A DNA stretch of 64,000 nt from Squalus acanthias (lineage: Eukaryota). A program made the position numbers and the translations under genes. The stretch is taken from contig CM059432.1 of the NCBI GenBank assembly GCA_030390025.1, positions 82,276,001 through 82,340,000 on the forward strand. Direction: 5' to 3'. Positions 36,622-49,569 of this stretch are shown piece after piece. The notes under the pieces were generated by a model. The model searched no databases and was not told the DNA's origin. It saw only the letters and a list, made by a program, of their open reading frames with translations. How positions within the stretch are numbered: the stretch's first letter is position 1; each line of letters opens with the position of its first letter.

Positions 36622-37415
36622 CTAAAACAGAAAAGTATTTAATTTAATTTGTTCAATTATGCCATGAAAAATCATACTAGCGTTGAGAGCACAAGGACAC
36701 TGTTTTGTACAGGCCGTCTCTAATCCTCAAATTGACCGCACAGCCCCACACTGAGGTGTTCATGCACAGCTACTGAAGGCTGTTTTAAAAAAAATCACAT
36801 ATTTCTCCTTTTTTTTGAAGTAATTCATTTCTCGCACCAATTTCCTTCGAATAAGGAGGGCAGGTGACCTGTTCCAAGGTCTCCATCATTCCTGCTTTAT
36901 AGCTGAGGACAGGGATGAGCAGGGAATATTTCCTCACTACTCGTTGGACAGTACTTCACCAATGCTTTAGTCCTTCCCTCTTTCCTCATCAAAGTAGAAG
37001 GGGGAACATAGTGTGCTGCTAAACCCCTGGACACGCTGAAAGTAAAGGCAGAGATGTTTAAGCAGACTACATTTTAGTAAGAATGTCACTTACTGAAAAC
37101 TAAATAACCCTGGGGCTGTTTGATACCTATTATACCCGATGTGTGAGCAAGATAACTCATTTCCTATTTATCTCCCTTCAGTGCCACCTGGGACAAAAAT
37201 GTATCCAAGCATTCATTTACAGCTGGGTGAGCGTGATCTAGTATCAGACAGCAACAATGTGGCTGGGAGTACAGAACCAGATTTAGCTGTGCCCAAGTGA
37301 CATACTAGAATAGAAATTGCAAAATCACATGCTCCGAGTAGCAATTATGACAATTATTGGCATCTGAGTTTAAAAAAGAAAATTAGTCGGCACAAAACAA
37401 GTAAAAGATTAGAAT

Positions 37416-38085
37416 GATAGCAAAATACTGCGGATGCTGGAAAATTGAAACAACAACAGAAAACGCTGGAAAAACTCAGCAGGCCAGGCAACATCCGTGG
37501 AGAGAGAAACAGAGTTAACATTTCAGGTCGAAACCCTTCGTCAGAACTGAGAAAAAAGCAGGAAATGAAACAGATAAAAAAGCAAGGGGGAGGCTTCACC
37601 ATCCTCGGCCTCGTGCATTGTTCCACGGAAGCTCAGCATAAGCTCGAGGAACAGCACCTCATCTTTCGTTTAGGCACTTTACAGCCTTCTGGACTCAATA
37701 TCCAGTTCAACAATTTCAGATCATAACCTCGGCCCCTACCACATATATATACATTTTATCCACCCTTTTGTTTCGTGCCTTTTTCCTTTTTCTTCTCTCT
37801 CTCCCCCTACGGCAGCTGTCTCTCATTCTGCCAGCATTTCACACTTCACCTTTTGTTTCTTAACCTGTCCCATTACCATCTCGTCTTGCCTTGAGCATCT
37901 CTTAATGTCTCTACTTACCATAGTTATTCCTCCCCCCAGCCTCCTCCTTGCTTTTTTATCTGTTTCATTTCCTGCTTTTTTCTCAGTTCTGAGGAAGGGT
38001 TTCGACCTGAAACGTTAACTCTGTTTCTCTCTCCACGGATGTTGCCTGGCCTGCTGAGTTTTTCCAGCGTTTTCTGTTGTTGTTT
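37416..38085 (+). mobile_element. Short PLE copy: inverted pLTR followed by ORF C-terminus and 3' tail
   Basis: 14-bp TSD taaaagattagaat (37402-37415 and 38086-38099). Encodes TILGLVHCSTEAQHKLEEQHLIFRLGTLQPSGLNIQFNNFRS as in ORF 2264-3577. About 37448-37595 is the inverse of about 37938-38085. Confidence 0.9.
37985..38020 (+). ncRNA. Minimal type I hammerhead ribozyme motif (inverse copy at 37513-37548 on -)
   Basis: AGUU-CUGAGGA-AGGGU(UUCG)ACCU-GAAACGUU-AACU. Intact CUGANGA and GAAA cores, stem I AGUU/AACU, palindromic ACGU, predicted GUU triplet. Confidence 0.75.
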
Positions 38086-38834
38086 TAAAAGATTAGAATA
38101 TTCATTCTCGGGATGAGGGTGTTGCTGGGAAGGCCACTCCTAGATGTCCTGTGTGGTGGTGGGCCTTCTGGTACAGCAGTTTGATACAGTTGAGTGGCTC
38201 GCTAGGCCACTTCAGTTAAGAGTCAACAACGTTGGTGTGGGGCTGGCTTCACATATAGGTTAGACCAGGTAAGGACGGCAGGTTTCCTTCCCTAAAGAAC
38301 ATTAGCGAACCAGTTGGATTTTTATGACAATCCGACAGCTTCATGGTCAATTTTTTTTACTGATAGCAGTTTTTCATTTCTAGATTTCCTAAACTAAATT
38401 CAAGTTGTCAATCTGCCATGGTGGGATTTGAACTCACATTCTCTGGATTACACATCGAGTAGCATAGCCAGTAAACTACCATAGGTGGCCAACTGGAAGA
38501 CTACACATCTGATTGCCAGTTGTTATAGGGAATAATAAATAGCGTAACTGTTGTTTAATAATAGAGGTGTTCAGGTGATATCAAGACCACAAGTGAGGTT
38601 TATGAATGTCATCATAACTAAAAGGCTAGACACAACTTGAAATGACATAATTCTCAGATGTTAAATATATTATGTACCAGATAACTTCTCCTTTCAGCAA
38701 CTGTGCTGTACCTGGAAGCTGTGTTAGATCAGGACCTCATGGACGTGTTGCATATCAGCTATTAGAGACAACTTTTGTAGCATGTGGCTGCTATGCTTTT
38801 GTTGGTGACTAAGCTGCTTTCTCCTCAACATGAG

Positions 38835-39586
38835 GGGCCAGAAATTCAGGTCTCCACGGGTGAGTACGCGCTGTGTACTCACCCGTAGACCCAGCGAAAG
38901 TGCCGGTTTCGCGCATGCACTGGAAACCGGAACTTCCATTCCCTTGAAGGAAGGGGTTCGGAGGTCAAACGCGTGCGCCGGAGAGACAGCGCGCACGCAG
39001 CAAACTTCCGTTTTTTTTACAGGTTTTGAAGTGAGGGTAAGTCCCTGGCAGCGGCGCGGGGAAAAAGCAGGCGCAAGGCCTGCTTTTAAAAAGGTAAGTG
39101 GTGAATTAAGTGAAATTTAAACATTTTTTCCACAGGTTTATCTTTTTTAAATCCTTTAAAGAAAGGTAAGTTTATTTTTAGCCCTGTTAAAAACTGTAAA
39201 TAATTTTTTCAAAAATTTAAATTTTTGTTTAAAATAGTTAATTTATGTAATTTATAGTTATTTTAAAAATGTGATTTTTTTTTAATTTATTTGAAGTTTT
39301 AGTTAGGTTTTGGGGGGTGATCTCTATTCATAGATTTGACAGGTCTTCCTGTCAAATCTATGAATGGAGATTCCCTGCTCCGATTGGCTCTCCATGGCCC
39401 ACGTGATCCCAGGGGACGCTTTGAACTAACTGCGCCCCTGGGCTACGCAAGCACTGCACACTGGCAGCTACAGGAGGCCCAGGACTGGAATCCCACGCGG
39501 GCCCACAGCACAACGGCAGGCGCGCTAGGTAAGTGAAGGTCGGGGGCTTGCACCCACGGGAAGCCTCCAACCCGAATTTCTGGCCC
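38835..39586. mobile_element. Harbinger-type MITE, 752 bp
   Basis: TIRs gggccagaaattcaggt and acccgaatttctggccc. TSD GAG on both sides. GC-rich arms with an AT-rich core. Confidence 0.8.
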
Positions 39587-39737
39587 GAGATTTCTGTGGT
39601 TTTGTTTCGTTATGTTATTTTTCTCCCAGTAAACTGTTTCATAGCTATATTGTGGGTTCCATGGTAAGCAGCTAAGAGTATAGAAGGCAGGCGTTTAAAG
39701 AGAAGAGTAAACAGAGATTGTGTAGTTATTCACATTT

Positions 39738-41922
39738 ACAGGGTAGTGCGTTTGATGTAGTCTACATGGATTTTAGCCAGGCTTTTGACAAGGTCCCACA
39801 TGGCAAACTGGTCAGAAAAGTAAAAGCCCATGGGATCCAAGGGAAAGTGGCAAGTGGATCCAAAATTGGCTCAGTGGCAGGAAGCAAAGGGAATTGGTCG
39901 ACGGGTAGTTTTGTGACTGGAAGGCTGATTTCAGTGGGGCCCCTCAACTGAACTTGTATCCTCTGGAGTTCAGAAGAATGAGGGGGGATCTTATAGAGAC
40001 ATTTAAAATCCTGACTGGTTTAGACAAATTAGATGCGGGCAGAATGTTCCCAATGTTAGGGAAAACTAGAACCAGGGGTCACAGTCTAAGGATTAAGGGG
40101 AAGCCATTTAAGACTGAGCTGAGGAGGAACTTCTTCACCCAGAGAGTGGTGAATCTATGGAATTCTCTTCCACAGAAGGTTGTTGAGGCCAGTTCGCTAA
40201 ATATATTCAAAAGGGAGTTAGATATAACACTCACAACTAGGGGTATCAAGGGGTATGGCGAGAAAGCAGGAATGGGGTACTGAGGTAGCATGTTCAGCCA
40301 TGAACGCATTGAATGGCGGTGCAGGCTCGAAGGACCGAATGGTCTACTCCTGTACCTATTTTCTATGTTTCTATGTTCCGCAGGGCTCAGTACTAGATCC
40401 CTTGCTTTTTGTGGTACATGAAACTCTTGTTTAACCGGCACCTAAATATCCGGAATTCTCTCTTAACCGGCAAAAATCATACTCCGAAAACTCCTCTCAA
40501 ATAACCGGCAATGTTGCCGAGTCCGAGTCTCCCGCGAACGCCGAGTACTCCGAAAACTCCTCTCAAATAACCGGCAATGTTGCCGAGTCCGAGTCCGAGT
40601 CTCCCGCGAACGCCGAGTTAGTCAGTGGGGGTAGTTCTCCAAAGTGCCACTACTCGGCCTCCTGGCGCTGTCGGAAGTCCGAACACTGCAGTAACAGGAG
40701 TCTGATTCTCCCGCGCTGCCGGGAGTCTCACTTACTGTTAAGTAATTAAAGAGTTATGGATTACCCTCAACTGGCAGTACTGTACTTAATCAAGCATCTT
40801 CCACCATCCATTTAACACAACATTCTGTAGGTGAGTAACCAAATACTGTATACTGCACATTTCTTGATTTTTTTATGTTAAAAATAGCCTCGGTAGATAT
40901 AACTCTCTGTTATCCGGAACTTTCGATCAACCGGCACCACGCCGGTCCCGTCGGTGCCGGATACCAAACAGTTTCCTGTATATATCAATGATTTAGACTT
41001 CAATGTAGGTGGCATGATTAAGAAGTGTGCAGATGATACAAAAGTTGGCCGTGTGGTTGATAGTGAAGAAGTACACTGTAGACTGCAGGAAGATATCAAT
41101 GGACTGGTCAGGTGGGCAGAAAAGTGGCAAATGGAATTCAATCCGGAGAAGTGTGAGGTAATACATTTGGGGAGGGCTAACAAGGCAAGGGAATACACAA
41201 TAAATGGTAGGATACTGAGAAATGTAAAGGAACAGAGAGACCTTGGAGTGCATGTCCACAGATCCCTGAAGGTAGCAGGACAGGTAATTAAGAAGGCATA
41301 CTTTCCTTTATTAGTCGAGGCACAGCAGGGAGGTTATGCTTGAACTGTATAAAACACTAGATAGGCCACAGCTATAGTACTGTGTACAGTTCTGGTCACC
41401 ACATTACAGGAAAGATGTGGTTGCACGAGAGAGGGTACAGAGGAGATTTAAGAGGATGTTGCCAGGACTGGAGAATTTTAGCTGTGAGGAAAGATTGGAT
41501 AGGCTGGGGTTGTTTTCTTTGGAGCAGAGGAGGCTGAGGGGAAACTTGATTGAGGTGTATAAAATTATGAGGGGCCTAGATAGAGTGGATTGGAAGGACC
41601 TATTTCCCTTAGCAGAGAGGTCAATAACCAGGGGGCATAGATTTAAAGTAATTGGTAGAAGGATTAGAGAGGAGTTGAGGAGAACATTTTTCACCCAGAG
41701 GGTAGTGGGGGTCTGGAACTCACTGCTTGAAAGGGTGGTAGAGGCAGAAACCCTCATCGCATTTAAAAAGTACTTGGATATGCAGTTGAAGTGCCGTAAC
41801 CTACAAGGTTATGGACCAAGAGCTGAAAAGTGGGATTAGGCTGGATAGCTCTTTTTTGGCTGGCACAGACATGATGGGCCAAATGGCCTCCTTCTGTGCC
41901 GTTAATTTCTATGATTCTATGA
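39738..41922 (+). mobile_element. 5'-truncated CR1 LINE hosting a CR1 3' fragment (about 39940-40376) and a Tigger-like MITE
   Basis: RT pieces VYMDFSQAFDKVPH, YINDL and CADDTK. ttctatgattctatga tail. Inner CR1 ends ctatgtttctatgtt. Confidence 0.88.
40417..40978. mobile_element. Tigger/pogo-like MITE with an internal tandem duplication of about 66 bp
   Basis: Ends catgaaactcttgtttaaccggcac and gtgccggataccaaacagtttcctg, TA TSD. Same family as 31141-31391. Duplicated block tactccgaaaactcctctc...cgaacgccgag at about 40480-40617. Confidence 0.82.
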
Positions 41923-42263
41923 TAAGTCGAAGTGCCTAACAAACAGAGGAGTAACCCAAGCGAGGGGGAATGGTTGTAGATATTGGAAGATGGAATGGGT
42001 ACGATTATGGGTATGTGTCATGATTCTTTTCCAAAACTATTGAATTGCTGTATTTATTGCTCTATAAATCTTATTTTAGGAACGTTTGGTGGGGAACCAA
42101 CATGGCTGCTGAAGGCGTTTAAAAATTACTTTTAAGGATATGATTATGTTTTGAATGTGGCCAGTGTTTTTGATTGATTACTTGTTCGTAAATGTAAAAT
42201 CTGAGCCAATCAGCATGCATTTTGTGCTATGGATGCATCTGACATGTCAGCCATACATACAGA

Positions 42264-42403
42264 CAATGTTCCCGCTAATTTTTGGGGGGATGCGCAGCCC
42301 ATTCAAATTTCGCACATGCACAGTTTTCCATTTAAAAGCCGCTGAGCGGCATGCACGGGACCTCCAGACCACTGCGCTGCCGTGCAGCTTAACGGGAATA
42401 TTG
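42264..42403. mobile_element. hAT-like MITE, 140 bp
   Basis: TIRs caatgttcccgctaa and ttaacgggaatattg. 8-bp TSD catacaga/catacaaa. Second copy at 17726-17861. Confidence 0.7.
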
Positions 42404-43229
42404 CATACAAACATAGGAAAATGGCAGGCAGGAAAAGACCAGCTGGTCACACCACGATCTTCATGGCCAAAGCACTTCTTTCCTACCACCCCCCCACCCC
42501 CCCCCAACTCCACACACACACCACCACCTCACACCTTCACACCTACCCTTGCAGCATGTAATCAGGCAAAAAAGGGCAATAAATACATTGTAAGATTCCT
42601 CTCCGACCCCCCTCAGGCAATGAAAACCAGTCCAGGAGATCACATGAACCAAGTATTACCTATACTTGGGAATGAATGGGTCAGACTCATGACATACATA
42701 AACAAAGTTCCCACAGCACTTCCGGTGAAGTTGCACTTGCGGAGCGGGAGCAACTTCGAGGAAATTCATGGACATAAATTCACAAAAGGAGCAATAGCCT
42801 GTAGATTATAGAAACCTTAGTGTTAGACAAGTATTAGGATTGGGAAATACTTGCCCCTGTGTAAATCCTAGGTAATTCTTTTAAAAAGAATTTCATGGTT
42901 AAGAATGAAATCTCAGTGACAGCAATCTTTAACAGGGCCCTGTATCATTCATTTCATTGCAGTGGTGGTGTTGAGTGACACACAGAAGTGGGATGTTCTT
43001 ACTTCCTTGCTTCATAACACTGCAGTCAGTAGCAAATGTTTGTAGATGAGATCGTCCTGAACAGAGTGACACACAGCTTGTTTATTCCATTTAAAATGAG
43101 GCCCGGAAAGTTTACTTTAGTTGTTTTCTAAATGGATGCTGCTTGCTTCATGTCACATAATGACATCATTAAATGAGCATCACATTATCAGCACCATAAA
43201 TTGAATTGACATGCCTGGTTGGCTCTTAC

Positions 43230-43471
43230 CTGAGTGTTACTATGATTACTGATGGCTGGGCGCAAGCTGTAATTAGTGTGACGATGAAGAGGAATATCAA
43301 AAAAGGGATCAGTGTGTTGCACGTCCGCTCACACTTGCCAGACACTGCATAGCCATTCTCGTTCAGATACGTTTTCACAATAACCAATCGGAGCTGATTT
43401 CTCTGTCCGACTGTAGGCGGGGTTATCACCTGCCGACTTTGAACACAGGCACAGTCAGTGTAGTTCCTCAT
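43230..43471 (-). CDS. SLCO5A1: SLCO5A1 coding exon, 242 bp
   Basis: MRNYTDCACVQSRQVITPPTVGQRNQLRLVIVKTYLNENGYAVSGKCERTCNTLIPFLIFLFIVTLITACAQPSVIIVTLR. Acceptor tttttacag, donor AG|gtaaga. Confidence 0.95.
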
Positions 43472-43732
43472 CTGTAAAAACATATTTGATACTCAGGAAG
43501 GAGCACTGCTTGAAATTAATTAAAGTCTACTTTCAGCCACTGCAAGAATTCTTGAGTCAGCTATTGCACAAGGCAGTGACACTCCTAATAAGGCTGCTTT
43601 ATAATATAATTCAACTCCTTTCCTACAAAACACATCCACGGCAGTAGGCCAATTTCTTAAGAAAATAATAGAAACTACTGACATTGTTTAGATGTAAAAA
43701 AAAAAGCTCCATTACCAGAGGAATATCCACTG

Positions 43733-43928
43733 TTGCACTACATCTGTTAATAGTTATTCTCCTTTACACTACACCAGTCAGTAGTTAACCTTCTTACACT
43801 ACGTCAGTAGTTACTCCCCTTTACACTACATCAGTTAGTAGTTATTCATTTTTACACTAGACCAGTCAGTAGTTATTCCCTTTACACTATACCAGTCAGT
43901 AGGTAGTCCCCTTTACACTGCATCATTG
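43733..43928 (+). repeat. Degenerate 31-bp tandem repeat, about 6 copies
   Basis: Unit tagttattcccctttacactacaccagtcag with variants. Confidence 0.85.
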
Positions 43929-44184
43929 AATAAGCTAAAGGCAATACTCTCACAGATCACCACCTGACAGGATCTCCAGATAAAAGAAAACCAATATTCA
44001 GTTACAGTTCAGAGAGCAATGTAAGAAAGGTTACTACAGCATAAAAGAGATGGGGTATGAGTATTAGGTCTATCAGCCAACCTTTGAACTGGCAACTGGC
44101 TTACTATACAACTTCTAGATCCAGGATCTAAAACTAGACATCTCTGCAGACTCGTGCTCAATTTCCAGGTATCCAATAGTTATA

Positions 44185-45580
44185 AGTACAGCGGAACAGG
44201 AGTAGGCCGTTCAGCCGTTCAAGCCTGTTCCACCATTCTATTAGATCATGGCTGATCTGTATCCTAACTCTATCCACCTACCTTGGCTCCATATCCCTTA
44301 ATACCCTTGTCTAGCAAAAATCTATCGATCTCAGATTTAAAATTATTAATTCAGCTAGCATCTACTGCTTTTTGTGGGAGATAGTTCCACACTTCTAGCA
44401 CCCTTTGCGTGGAGAAATGTTTCCTAACTTCTCTCCTGAATGGCCTGACTCTGATTTTAAGGTTATTTCCCCTAGTCTTAGACTCCGCCACCAGCAGAAA
44501 ACGTTTCTCTCTATCTACCCTATCAATTCCTTTCAAAATCCTAAAAACCTCAATCAAATCACCCCTTAACCTTCTATATTCTGTGGAATGCAAGCCTAGT
44601 TTATGTAATTTCTCCTCATGATCTAACCCTTGGAGCCCTGGTAACATTCTGGTGAATCTACGCTGCACTCCTTCCAAGGCCAATATATCCTTTCTAAGGT
44701 GTGGTGTCCAGAACTGCACACAGTACTCCAGATGTGGCCTAACCAGGCAAAACTCTCCCCCCGCCCTTTATATTCTAGCCCTCTAGTTATAAAGGCTAAG
44801 ATTCTATTAGCCATTTTGATTATTTTTTTGTTCCTGACTACTACATTTTAGTGATTTGTGTGAATCCCTAAATCTCTTTGGACCTCCACTGTTCCTAGCA
44901 TTTTACCATTTAAAAAATACCTGGATCTATCCTTTATTGATCCAAAATTGATGACCTCACACATACCTGTGTTGAGATCCATCTGCCAGAATTTTGCCTA
45001 CTCACTTAATCTATCCTTGTCTCTGTAATTTTATGCTCCCGTCTACACTACTTATTTTGCCACCAATCTTCGTGTCATCGGCAAACTTGGATATATGGCT
45101 CTCTATTGCATTATCTAAGTCATTAATACAATAGTTGAGGCCCCAGCAAAGACCCTTCTGGAACACCACCAGTCACTTCCTTCCAATTCAAGTACATACC
45201 CATTACCCCATCTCTCTGTCTTATACATCCTAACCAATCTCCTAACCAGATCAATAATTTGCCTTCAATTTCATGAGCTTTAATTTTAATTAACAATCTC
45301 TTATGTGGAACCTTATTGAATGCCTTCTGGGAGTCCATATTAAATATATCCATAGACATTCCCCTGTCTACTACTTTAGTTACTTCCTCAAAAAACTCTA
45401 TTAGATTCATCAGACATGACCTACCCTTTACAAATCCATGTTGGCTCTCTCTAATCAGCTCAAATTTCTCTAAGTGCTCAGTCACTCGTTCCTTAATTTA
45501 TAGATTTCAATAATTTCCCACAACAGATGTTAGATTAACAGGTCTCTAATTTCCTGGTTTCTCTCTCTCACCTTTCTTAA
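44185..45580 (-). mobile_element. Older 5'-truncated CR1 LINE
   Basis: Decayed RT pieces in ORFs 44351-44719 and 45123-45485. Confidence 0.85.
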
Positions 45581-45918
45581 GAAGTTAAATGGAGTCAAAG
45601 TTGGTGCTGCAACTATATTCTATTGTGTTGTCTTTACTTTTGTATTATAGAGGTTTATAGTGTCTCAACGTAAGTATTACACCAGTCTTTTATCATAGCA
45701 ATGTTTAGAAGTCAGTATCCATTGAATGGATGGCTTGAATTCTTGCTATAATTTTAATTTGACGGTTTAGTGATACTTTGTAGCTTTAATATTAATTTTT
45801 ATTTCCACTGACTTCAATGGAAATGAAAATCGGGGGAGATGTAAAACGGGCTGCCAATTCGCCATCGCCTGTTTTATACTATTGCTGTGTGGTAAAAGTT
45901 ATCAATTTTGCTACTCAC

Positions 45919-46078
45919 CCCTGTGCTTTCATTGAAGACGTTTGAGCAGCCAGCCAAGCAAGGACTGAAGTACGTGATCCCATCTGATCCACAGACAGGC
46001 TCATACTCATGGATTCTGCACCCACAGTTAACATTGCAGCCACCCGTTAGATTTCTGTGTGCCATTGTAAGTGAAGGG
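45919..46078 (-). CDS. SLCO5A1: SLCO5A1 coding exon (Kazal-like extracellular loop), 160 bp
   Basis: PSLTMAHRNLTGGCNVNCGCRIHEYEPVCGSDGITYFSPCLAGCSNVFNESTG with the Kazal cysteine pattern. Acceptor cctttcag, donor GGG|gtgagt. Confidence 0.95.
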
Positions 46079-46951
46079 CTGAAAGGAAAACAAAAAGAGC
46101 TGTTTCTGCCATCATTCCTTCTAAAAAAAATACTGAGCTTGCTCTCTCATTATACCTTTCAAATACAGCGATAGCAATCAAGAATTTTTTTTTTTTTGCT
46201 GACAGTAGAGCGGTTTAGGCAGACGTTAGTGACCTCCACGTGAATCTATGCCCAGGGTTGCTAAGTACCAGTTAAGTATTCTGGAGGTCATGTAAAGGAC
46301 AAAGTAATATTAAGGTAAGTATATTTCAATCATTTCATTTTTCATTTTTCCCTTTCTATGCCAATTGGTGTAAGCTTTCATTTTTGCTCTAGCACTATCA
46401 GTGGAGATTTAATAAAGGTTTTTAAAATTATGAACAGTTTTGATAGTGAATAAGTAAAGACTATTTCCTCTGGTTGGGGGAGTCAGTGCTGAGGGTTATT
46501 CAATTGAAAATAATCACTAACAATGAAGAGAGAGGTTAGGCAGTGGGTTATCAGAGTTTGAATGCTTTGCCACAGGAAGAGATTGAGGCAGAGACCATTG
46601 CATTTTTTGAAATGAAATTTGGATAAATATTTGAAGCTGAAGAAGATATATGGCTATATGGAGAGAGCAGGGCAGTGGGATTCATTTTGCATTAAACTTG
46701 TATGATTCTGTTTGATGCTTTTAGAAGAAGGGATGTCAAGCAAGTCAGACTGCGTGAAAGATGCTCTGTGCCCACCCACTAGCAACTGCAGACAGAGGTG
46801 ATCGGACTTTGCTTTGGCAGACAGTACATGCAGAGGCTCCCTTGACCAAAGGAAGCTGGAACACCCGACCTGATGACACCACTAGGATATCTGAATGAAT
46901 GCCTAACTATAATGTTGAATACTTCCTCATAAGCACTACTCCCAGAATCTC

Positions 46952-47640
46952 GAGCCAGAATTTGCGGTGAGTAATAACGGTGAACTAACAGCGTTCGCTG
47001 TTATTACCCCTTTGAAACTGACCGCAACTTCAAGATGTAGCACATGCAAATGTAAATGTGGAAATCCTGAAGCTGCGGTCAGTCATTCACTGCTCCAACA
47101 CTGGCTGCGCCGTGCCCCCACCCCCATAGCCAGCAATCAGTGTAATCAGGGAAATCAGTGAAACTGATGAAAACTTGGGCATTTCTGCGGTAATATCACT
47201 GTAAATACCCCATTAAATGTTAAGCCTGTTGGACTAAGTGTAACTGGGGTTTTAACAGCATATTGACTGCTAAACAAACGTTATGGCCCTGAAAAACTAA
47301 TTTTAATTTTGTGGAGTGTCAAATTTCTCCATTATGATAAAAATTACAATTTTTAAGAAACCTTTTAGAAAAAAAAATTGTTCATGAAATTTCAGGTTCT
47401 ACCTTATCCCCATGTGAGAGCCCCAATTTTTGTTTCGCTTTCTGTAACATTTTTAAAAAGTCCAGATAAAAGCAGCTTCTCATTTCCTGGTTTCCTGTCT
47501 GTGAGAACTCTGTAATGTGATTGGCTGCTTAGACAGCTTGTTGACATCACAGCAGCATCGCACTAGGGAATTCCCACTACAGAACACTTGAACGTTGAAA
47601 AAGGCAAACCGGGGCCAGTGGTGAATGCAAATTCCAGGCC
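46952..47640. mobile_element. Harbinger-type MITE (family B, inverse of 14301-15077)
   Basis: Ends gagccagaatttgcgg and gcaaattccaggcc, with the shared internal block tgtaactggggttttaacag...ttgactgctaaacaaa. Confidence 0.72.
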
Positions 47641-48185
47641 ATTATATTTTCAGTGCCAATGTAATGAACAAAGGAATGCTATGGTTATCACAAGCCAGCA
47701 TAGCCTGATTGGTTGCACATGTCAACATGCCACCAACCATTTCTGCAGACCTGGCAATGACCATGGGGAATGGTCAGTATCTGGGTCAGCCTAAACCACA
47801 TATAGCTACCAGACAGCATTGGTATGACATATTCAGTGTCAGTAATGGTCGATTGTGGCCTGAAACATGGCTCTACCTCTTGAGAAGCATGCTGCAATAT
47901 TAACCTATGAGAATGGTGCCGTGGAGTGGCACAAAGGAACACTGTCCTTGAAAACACCTCATGCGGCATCTCCTCCACTTCAGCAGCCATCACAGTGGTT
48001 TGCAGACTCATGCCTGCACCTTCAATTATTTCAATTTTCCCTTGCACATCAGTTTTGGCAAAGAATGGGTTGAGATGCCTTTTGAGCCAGATCTTCCTGA
48101 ATTTGTACCCTACTGTGACATTCTCCTTTTATTGTCCCAATTCCTTTAAGTTTCACTTACAGGTAATTTTCCACTCCCACCTTTA

Positions 48186-48513
48186 GGGGCCAATTTCAAC
48201 TGTGTCCCCCCCCCCCCCCGGCATAAACAGGAGGGCAGTGGTTTGAAAATGACGTTAGGTCATTTACTGCCCTGTTTATTCTGGTCTCTGACCACTACCA
48301 TGGGACCTTTAGATGGGCGGCTGGAGCACTCGCCTGTATTAGGCGGGAAGCCCATTTAATATGCAAAGCGGGGTCCAAATACTTAGGACCCCAATTGCAA
48401 TTTTGAGGTACAAATGGGCAGAACTTGCCTGATCCATGCAAATAAATTCCAGGACTAAAAATAGCTTAGATCTGCCTGACCACCTGCATTTTAACAAGTG
48501 TTAAAATGGCCCC
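48186..48513. mobile_element. Harbinger-type MITE, 328 bp
   Basis: TIRs ggggccaatttcaac and gttaaaatggcccc. TSD TTA. Confidence 0.7.
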
Positions 48514-49129
48514 TTAATGTGATCCCTACATTCATCGAATCTGCAACTGAAGCTGTGCTAATGAGCTGACCACAGAATATTGGGTGTAAGCGGTCCACCT
48601 ACATTTGAGTTGCTCTAAAACCCACCAATATCCATTCTGGCATAAATTATACCAAAAATGGAAAATATAATGAGGCCAGAGTTCTCTGTGGGTCATCAAA
48701 CCTAGCTGTTTATTTGCCCCATAATTGGGAGCAAGGTTTTGTTTATTTCTGCCCATATTTATAAAGAGATCAAGCCATTAAATAGATTCAGACATTTTTA
48801 TTTAATAGGAAGAGCGTCATTCAGAACACAGGGCCTCATTGTTTTAATAAGGGACTCAACATTTGCCAGAATTTGAAGTCTGTCATCAGCTGATCCCACT
48901 TTGCAGAATAATCTGCGTGATGATCATGTTTATCCTTGCTGCAATGAATGTGCAACAACCGTTGAATAAAACACAGGTGCAGCACTGTCAATTCTCTACA
49001 TCACACCATAGCTTTCTAATAAAAATAGCCCAAAAACTGTAGTTTAAATTTACTTTATAATTATAACAAAAACACTTTACATATTTCATGCTATATAACG
49101 AGTATTATGTGACCTGTTTTGGTCACACA

Positions 49130-49315
49130 GAGAGTGAAATTGGACTTTGGCAGTAGTGTGAACTGGGTGATAATGAATTGGCAGCTTGTTTTACAATGTG
49201 CCCAATTTGCTTTTCGTTTGAAGTCAATGGAAAAGAAAATCATGTGCGGTGTAAAATGGGCTGCCGATTCACTATCGCCCATGTTGGGCTACCGCCAAGG
49301 ACCAATTTCACCTTT
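49130..49315. mobile_element. Small MITE (related fragment at about 45807-45880)
   Basis: Inverted ends gtgaaattggactttggcagtag and ctaccgccaaggaccaatttcac, probable TSD ACA. Confidence 0.6.
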
Positions 49316-49370
49316 ACAGGGCTTTTACAATCACAAAAAAGGCCAAAACATAAAGTAAGATCATTCTTAC

Positions 49371-49569
49371 CCTGTGGTGTATGGTATATTAATGCCCCCA
49401 AGGTTAATGCTTTCACAGCCAACAATGAAGAGCGTAGAGAAGCACAACAAAGAAACCCCACTGCAGATCATAGCAAGCTTAGCTGATTCTCGTGCACCAA
49501 GCTTGAGCTTTTTAATAATGTAGCCCCCTAGGATAATGCCAACACCAGCACTGGGAACAATGATCACAC
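49371..49569 (-). CDS. SLCO5A1: SLCO5A1 internal coding exon, 199 bp
   Basis: VIIVPSAGVGIILGGYIIKKLKLGARESAKLAMICSGVSLLCFSTLFIVGCESINLGGINIPYTTG. Acceptor tttcag, donor GG|gtaaga, phases match both neighbours. Confidence 0.95.
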
